From contig CABVRS010000001.1 in the NCBI GenBank assembly GCA_902500745.1, positions 1,184 to 65,183 of the forward strand: DNA of 64,000 nucleotides, written 5' to 3'. Each line of letters starts with the position of its first letter. The first letter of the stretch is position 1. The DNA is from an uncultured Nitrospira sp. GTDB taxonomy: Bacteria; Nitrospirota; Nitrospiria; Nitrospirales; Nitrospiraceae. A program made the position numbers and the translations under genes. Below, in pieces: positions 59,412-64,000 of this stretch. The notes beneath the pieces are model-generated. The model searched no databases. It worked only from the letters and a program-made list of their open reading frames with translations, and was not told where the DNA came from.

Positions 59412-60482
59412 TCAACGGGTGTCAAGGTTGGTTAAAGGAGCTAGCTGAGAGTTTCCCAGTTGGCCGCAGGCGCCCAGCACGTCCCGCCCACGGCTTTTTC
59501 TCACGAACGCATCCAGACCGACGTTGCGCAGGATAGCTTGAAACTGAAGGATGCTCTGTTCCGACGGACGACGGAAATGACTGCCTGGAAATTCGTTGAA
59601 CGGAATCAAATTGACCTTGCATCGTACGCCGGTCAGTAACTGAACCAGTCGCCGGGCATCACTCGGCTGATCATTCACGCCGGCCAAGAGGACATATTCG
59701 AACGTCAGGCGTTGATGAGATGCAAGCGGGTAGCGTCGGCAGGCGGCGAGGAGCGCTTTCAGGGAGGCGAGTTCGCTCGCAGCCGGCATCAACTCGCGTC
59801 GCTGCTCTTCGGTCGTCGCATTGAGGGAGACCGCGAGATTCACGCCGAGTCCGGCGACTTCGCGGAGGCGAGATGCCAGTCCTGCTGTCGAAACCGTAAT
59901 GCGCCGAGGCGACCATCCCAAGCCCCATAGCTTGTTGGTCAGGCCGGTTATCGCAGCCTTCAGCATGTCCAGATTGGCCAGAGGTTCTCCCATCCCCATA
60001 AACACGAGGTTGGTCATGCGTTCGTCGGTATTCAAGAGATCTTGCGCGGTCAAGACTTGGTCGATGATTTCATGGAGCTTGAGATTCCGTTTCAGTCCCA
60101 TTTGTCCGGTCAGGCAAAAACTGCAATCCAACTGACAGCCGACCTGTGTCGACACGCAGAGCGTCAACCGTTCATCATCCGGGATCAGTACGGATTCAAT
60201 CGTCATCCCGTCATCGAGTGTGAAGAGCAATTTGCGGGTGCCATCGTGCGAGGTTAAGACCGTCGCATGGGGGGAACGACCAACGGTAGTGGATTGCGAT
60301 AACAACGAACGCGCGGGCAAGGGAAGATCCGTCATGTCGGTGATGGTTCGCACGCGACGTTGGTACAGCCAGCGCATGATTTGTGTTGCGCGATAGTCCG
60401 GCCAGCGCTGGGCGCGGACAAACTTCACCATCTGTGATTCGGTGAAGGCCAAAAGGGGTGTCTGTGTAGTCGGAGGTGGCAT
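59412..60482 (-). CDS. rlmN: 23S rRNA/tRNA m2A methyltransferase (start uncertain)
   Basis: CQLDCSFC radical SAM motif, MGMGEP, ACGQL. Confidence 0.93.
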   Translation of the reverse strand: MPPPTTQTPLLAFTESQMVKFVRAQRWPDYRATQIMRWLYQRRVRTITDMTDLPLPARSLLSQSTTVGRSPHATVLTSHDGTRKLLFTLDDGMTIESVLIPDDERLTLCVSTQVGCQLDCSFCLTGQMGLKRNLKLHEIIDQVLTAQDLLNTDERMTNLVFMGMGEPLANLDMLKAAITGLTNKLWGLGWSPRRITVSTAGLASRLREVAGLGVNLAVSLNATTEEQRRELMPAASELASLKALLAACRRYPLASHQRLTFEYVLLAGVNDQPSDARRLVQLLTGVRCKVNLIPFNEFPGSHFRRPSEQSILQFQAILRNVGLDAFVRKSRGRDVLGACGQLGNSQLAPLTNLDTR

Positions 60483-60605
60483 TGGTACAATCGGGATGTT
60501 GTTTTCGAGAAAGGCGAGCCTATCATAGCGGATACTCCTCCGCATATGGAGCCATCTTGATCGTGAGGTCCGAAACTTCTTCCATTGCCGACGGCCCTGT
60601 ATATA

Positions 60606-62939
60606 ATGAAGGTGAATAAAGGTCAGCATGCTCTCGTGAAAATCTCTACCACGTATCGCCTCATCATCGGTTGTACCCTGGCGTTCGCGTCCGGGATAGC
60701 CCCCGCAATCGGAGGCATGTTTTCTCGTGATGCCTATACGGGGCAGGGTGCTCCCCTTCAACAGTCGACCGCCGATGGCTGTGCCTCAGCGGAAGAATGT
60801 TTTACCGCGGCGGCCTTTTCAAAAGAACGACTGAATAACGGTGTGACGAGAGACCGCCTTGCGGCGCTGAAGCTTGAACGCCTCCGAAAGGTGATCGAAA
60901 AGTTTCCGGCTTCACTGTGGGCCAAGCGAGCAGGGTTGCTGTCCGGGGTGATCTTGATCGATCAGAATCCAGCATCGGCGATCGCTTACCTTCGAGCCGC
61001 CCAACAAGACTTTCCCACGCTCGACGACTACATCCGGGTCTGGATCGGTGAGGCCTTGCTGCAATTAGGTGATCCCAAGGAAGCGGCGACCATGTTTGAA
61101 AGCCTGCCTCAGGCCATTCCTGATTCCAATTTACTCCATCATGCGACGTTTCGTGTCGGGGAGGCGTGGTATCAGGCGTCCAGATGTCCAGAAGCGATCT
61201 CTTGGCTGGTCAAGGCGGCTGATCTCAACGAGAAGGAGCGGCAAGTGGCGCACGCTCGGTTCCGGTTGGCTTCGTGTCAGCTTCGGGAAAGTCAATTGAA
61301 TGAAGCCCGAGAAACGCTCAAGCAGCTCTGGGCGAAATTCCCCTATACAAAGGAAGCCAAGGAAGCAGAGGCGCTGCTTGCGAGCAATATCGGAGGCGAG
61401 CCTTGGGTCTCGTCGCCGGACGAGCATTATGCCAGGGCCCAGGCGTATCTTGGGCAATCGCTTCATGTCGAGGCGATTGAAGAGTTGAAGAAGTTCTTAG
61501 CGCGAGATCCTGCTTCTCCGCATCGCAGAGATGCCAAATTGAAGCTGGGTGTGGCCCAAGTTCGTCTCAAACTCTACGACCAGGCACGCGACACTTTTCA
61601 TGAGCTCACGGTAGAGCCAGGACCTCGGGCTGATGAAGCCACCGTGTGGCTGGCGAGGGTCTATCTCAGGCAAGGACTCGGAGACAAACTCTTAGAGCTC
61701 TGTCGGACGCTTTCCAAACGGCGGTTGAGTCCAGAGCAAAAAGGGCAAATCAATGTGTTCGGCGGGATTTGGCTTGAGGATCAATCGCGGTTCGACGAAG
61801 CGATCACCAAATATCGACGCGCGGCGAAATCGGGAGAGCCGGCATCCCAACGAGCAGAGGCGCGATGGCGGGAAGGATGGGCATTCTACCGAACGGCGCG
61901 TTATCAGGAAGCGATCCGCGCGTGGCAACAGATCATCGACCAGAAGGGGAGCGAGCTTGAACCTCAAGTGCTCTACTGGATTGCCCGGTCCTACAGCCAT
62001 GTCGAAGCCGCGAAGTCCAGCGAGGTGTTTGCACGGCTTTGCCAACAGTTTCCCTACACCTATTATTGCCAATTGGCAGGAGACCTGGGAGACGTGCCGA
62101 GCCAGAGTCGGACGCAGCAGGAGAATCCCACTGTGCCCACCAGTGTGGCTCAGCCGGTTGGGGAGTCGGCCGAAGCTTCAGCGCAAGACAATCATGCCAA
62201 GAATCGGGCGCATATCGAACAGCAGTCGGCCTATCGGCGTGCCGTCGAGCTACGGGCACTTGGCCTCGAACAGGATGCCGTCAGAGAACTTGCGGCCTTG
62301 ACCGATCAGTACGGTCGCGACCCTGAGGCGTTGGCGGCGTTATCGATCATGTTGAACGAAGTCGGTGCGTACCATCATGCCTTGCGTCTGGTGCGATCTC
62401 GATTTCGGGAGAAGTTGGAGCGGACCGGCGGAGAGATCGCCGATGACCTCTGGCGCGTCGCCTATCCGACCGGATTAATTCCCACGATTAAGATGTCGGC
62501 GGTCAACGGCGTGGATCCCTTTCTTGTGGCGGCCATCATTCGTGAGGAAAGTCAGTACGATTGGAAAGCTGTCTCTCGGGTCGGGGCGATCGGACTCATG
62601 CAGGTGATGCCTGCGACCGCCAATGCGGTGGCTCAACAGCATCGGCTTCCCCCACCCTCTCGCGAAGATTTGTTTGATGAAGAGACGAATATCCGAATCG
62701 GCGTCCGGTACGTGGAACAACTGCTTGCGCAGTTTTCCGGCAATCTGGTGCAGACGATTGCTGCGTACAATGCGGGCCCAATCGTGGTCAGGAATTGGGC
62801 AGCCACCTATCGTGGGCGGAGTGAAGATGAGTTTGTTGAGCTCATTCACTATCAAGAGACGAGGCAATATGTGAAACGGGTGTTGCGAAGCTACCGGGAA
62901 TATCGTCGCCTGGCGGGAGTCCAAAAAACCGTTTCTTGA
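60606..62939 (+). CDS. TPR-containing soluble lytic transglycosylase (Slt70-like; start uncertain)
   Basis: TPR-like helices; IREES, GAIGLMQVMP, AYNAG, ETRQYV. Confidence 0.88.
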   Translation: MKVNKGQHALVKISTTYRLIIGCTLAFASGIAPAIGGMFSRDAYTGQGAPLQQSTADGCASAEECFTAAAFSKERLNNGVTRDRLAALKLERLRKVIEKFPASLWAKRAGLLSGVILIDQNPASAIAYLRAAQQDFPTLDDYIRVWIGEALLQLGDPKEAATMFESLPQAIPDSNLLHHATFRVGEAWYQASRCPEAISWLVKAADLNEKERQVAHARFRLASCQLRESQLNEARETLKQLWAKFPYTKEAKEAEALLASNIGGEPWVSSPDEHYARAQAYLGQSLHVEAIEELKKFLARDPASPHRRDAKLKLGVAQVRLKLYDQARDTFHELTVEPGPRADEATVWLARVYLRQGLGDKLLELCRTLSKRRLSPEQKGQINVFGGIWLEDQSRFDEAITKYRRAAKSGEPASQRAEARWREGWAFYRTARYQEAIRAWQQIIDQKGSELEPQVLYWIARSYSHVEAAKSSEVFARLCQQFPYTYYCQLAGDLGDVPSQSRTQQENPTVPTSVAQPVGESAEASAQDNHAKNRAHIEQQSAYRRAVELRALGLEQDAVRELAALTDQYGRDPEALAALSIMLNEVGAYHHALRLVRSRFREKLERTGGEIADDLWRVAYPTGLIPTIKMSAVNGVDPFLVAAIIREESQYDWKAVSRVGAIGLMQVMPATANAVAQQHRLPPPSREDLFDEETNIRIGVRYVEQLLAQFSGNLVQTIAAYNAGPIVVRNWAATYRGRSEDEFVELIHYQETRQYVKRVLRSYREYRRLAGVQKTVS

Positions 62940-62964
62940 CAATATGTTGTGAAGTTTTTATAGT
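62936..62964 (+). promoter_or_regulatory. sigma70 promoter of zapB-zapA
   Basis: TTGACA-17-TATAGT. Confidence 0.75.
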
Positions 62965-63003
62965 GGAACACTACCCCTAGAGGCACAAGAAAGAGGAGCT
63001 ATC

Positions 63004-63258
63004 ATGGCGTTGGATCGACTTGATGCGCTTGAAACCCGAATCCGTGATCTGGTGCAGCTGGTTCAAGAGCTCAAACGGAAGAATGCGGCGTTGGAAGAAG
63101 AGGTCAAGACCGCCCGCCAGCGATTGGTAGCACAGGACGACATGAATCGCCAATGGGAGAAGGAGCGGGTCGATATCAGGACACGCATAGAAAAAGTCAT
63201 GAGCGAGATCGAACTGCTCGAATGCATCGAGGATCCCAAGGAGGTGGCCATTGACTAA
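63004..63258 (+). CDS. zapB: ZapB-like coiled-coil cell division protein
   Basis: 84-aa coiled coil overlapping zapA. Confidence 0.75.
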   Translation: MALDRLDALETRIRDLVQLVQELKRKNAALEEEVKTARQRLVAQDDMNRQWEKERVDIRTRIEKVMSEIELLECIEDPKEVAID

Positions 63259-63547
63259 GACCATTGATGTCGAGATTTATGGTCAACGGTACGCGATCAC
63301 GGGAGACGGCGATGACGCCTATGTCCGGCGGTTGGCCCACTTTGTCGACGATCGCATGAAACACCTGGCCGAAGGAATGAAAACGACGACCCCGTCAAAG
63401 TTAGCGGTGCTCACCGCCATTAACCTTGCGCATCAACTGTTTGAGTCCGAGAAGAAACGTGCACAAGGAGAGGCCGATGTCGAACGGCGAATGGCGACCT
63501 TGATGGAGTCCATCGATGAGCAGATGCCGACATCGCTCTTTCGGTAG
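63251..63547 (+). CDS. zapA: Cell division protein ZapA
   Basis: VEIYGQRY...VDDRM...LAVLTAINLA. Confidence 0.92.
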   Translation: MTKTIDVEIYGQRYAITGDGDDAYVRRLAHFVDDRMKHLAEGMKTTTPSKLAVLTAINLAHQLFESEKKRAQGEADVERRMATLMESIDEQMPTSLFR

Positions 63548-63594
63548 AGGGATTCGCCTTGCTTTCAAAGAGTCCCTTTGTTATCGTGCAGATA

Positions 63595-63868
63595 GACGAG
63601 TGAGTTGATAGTCAGAGGGAAGGGTCACATCGCATAATCGTTCATGTACCGGAAACGGCTGTAACTACAGGAAGAGAGCACATAACGTTGAGGGGATACG
63701 AAGAACTGGTTCGGTGGGTACTGAGTGGAAGAGTCTTGGTTGGTCGGCTGGTTTGGTGTGCGGCGAAGCGACCGGTTGTCCGACGCAACGATAGCAGAAA
63801 TATGCCGTCCGGAGACGGCGAGTATCTACCATCCACACCTGTTTCGATCACTGACTCTCACCAGCAAC
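63595..63868 (+). ncRNA. Structured non-coding RNA candidate (6S RNA by synteny, or a 5' leader)
   Basis: Own promoter TTGCTT-17-TATCGT (63559-63587); complementary segments TGATAGTCAG/CTGACTCTCA and GGTGGGTACT/AGTATCTACC, hairpins GCCGTC-CGGA-GACGGC and GTCGG..CCGAC; ssrS often follows zapA. Confidence 0.4.
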
Positions 63869-64000
63869 TGATCGAGAGCGATCAGCGGCGAGGGAGGGGC
63901 AGTAGTAGAAACGTATTCGCTACCGTGGAAGCGTACCCCCACGCTCTCTTGCGTTTCCAGGCCGAACGACTCGCGATCTCCTAAGCCTCCTTCTGTCTTC

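Noticed and set aside
63688-63984. 98-aa plus-strand ORF after zapA
   Set aside because: TTG start, no recognisable motif, overlaps a predicted structured RNA
1-64000. CRISPR arrays, rRNA genes, prophage structural genes
   Set aside because: None seen

Overview
Bacterial chromosome window, most likely Nitrospira (inferred from a characteristic ~120-bp palindromic repeat, gene order and a split atp operon; not verified by search). Bases 1-6021 are the right end of a genomic island that ends in a duplicated 3' half of tRNA-Glu. The island carries hipBA, an AAA-DUF4143 ATPase, two decayed toxin-antitoxin modules, and a ~1.07-kb cassette (headless RHS-like toxin tip plus two immunity-like genes) bracketed by ~120-bp inverted repeats with a perfect 18-bp inner core. 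The rest is mostly core genome: ftsH; a polyamine cluster (deoxyhypusine-synthase-like, pdaD, speB, aldehyde dehydrogenase); an NhaR-like regulator divergent from three tandem mosaic TolC genes, a degenerate ABC protein and HlyD; purEK; a hybrid pseudo-histidine kinase; a DUF692/MNIO gene coupled to dus-maf; a polyphosphate region (CYTH-CHAD, CBS, ppk1, CorA-like, PhoB-like) rich in Pho-box-like repeats; nadB, pabBC, atpIBEF, larE, an M16 peptidase pair, rlmN, slt, zapBA and a structured RNA candidate. The best candidates for undescribed systems are the inverted-repeat-flanked toxin/immunity cassette and the triple-TolC/degenerate-ABC exporter. All alignments were done by eye and no database searches were run.
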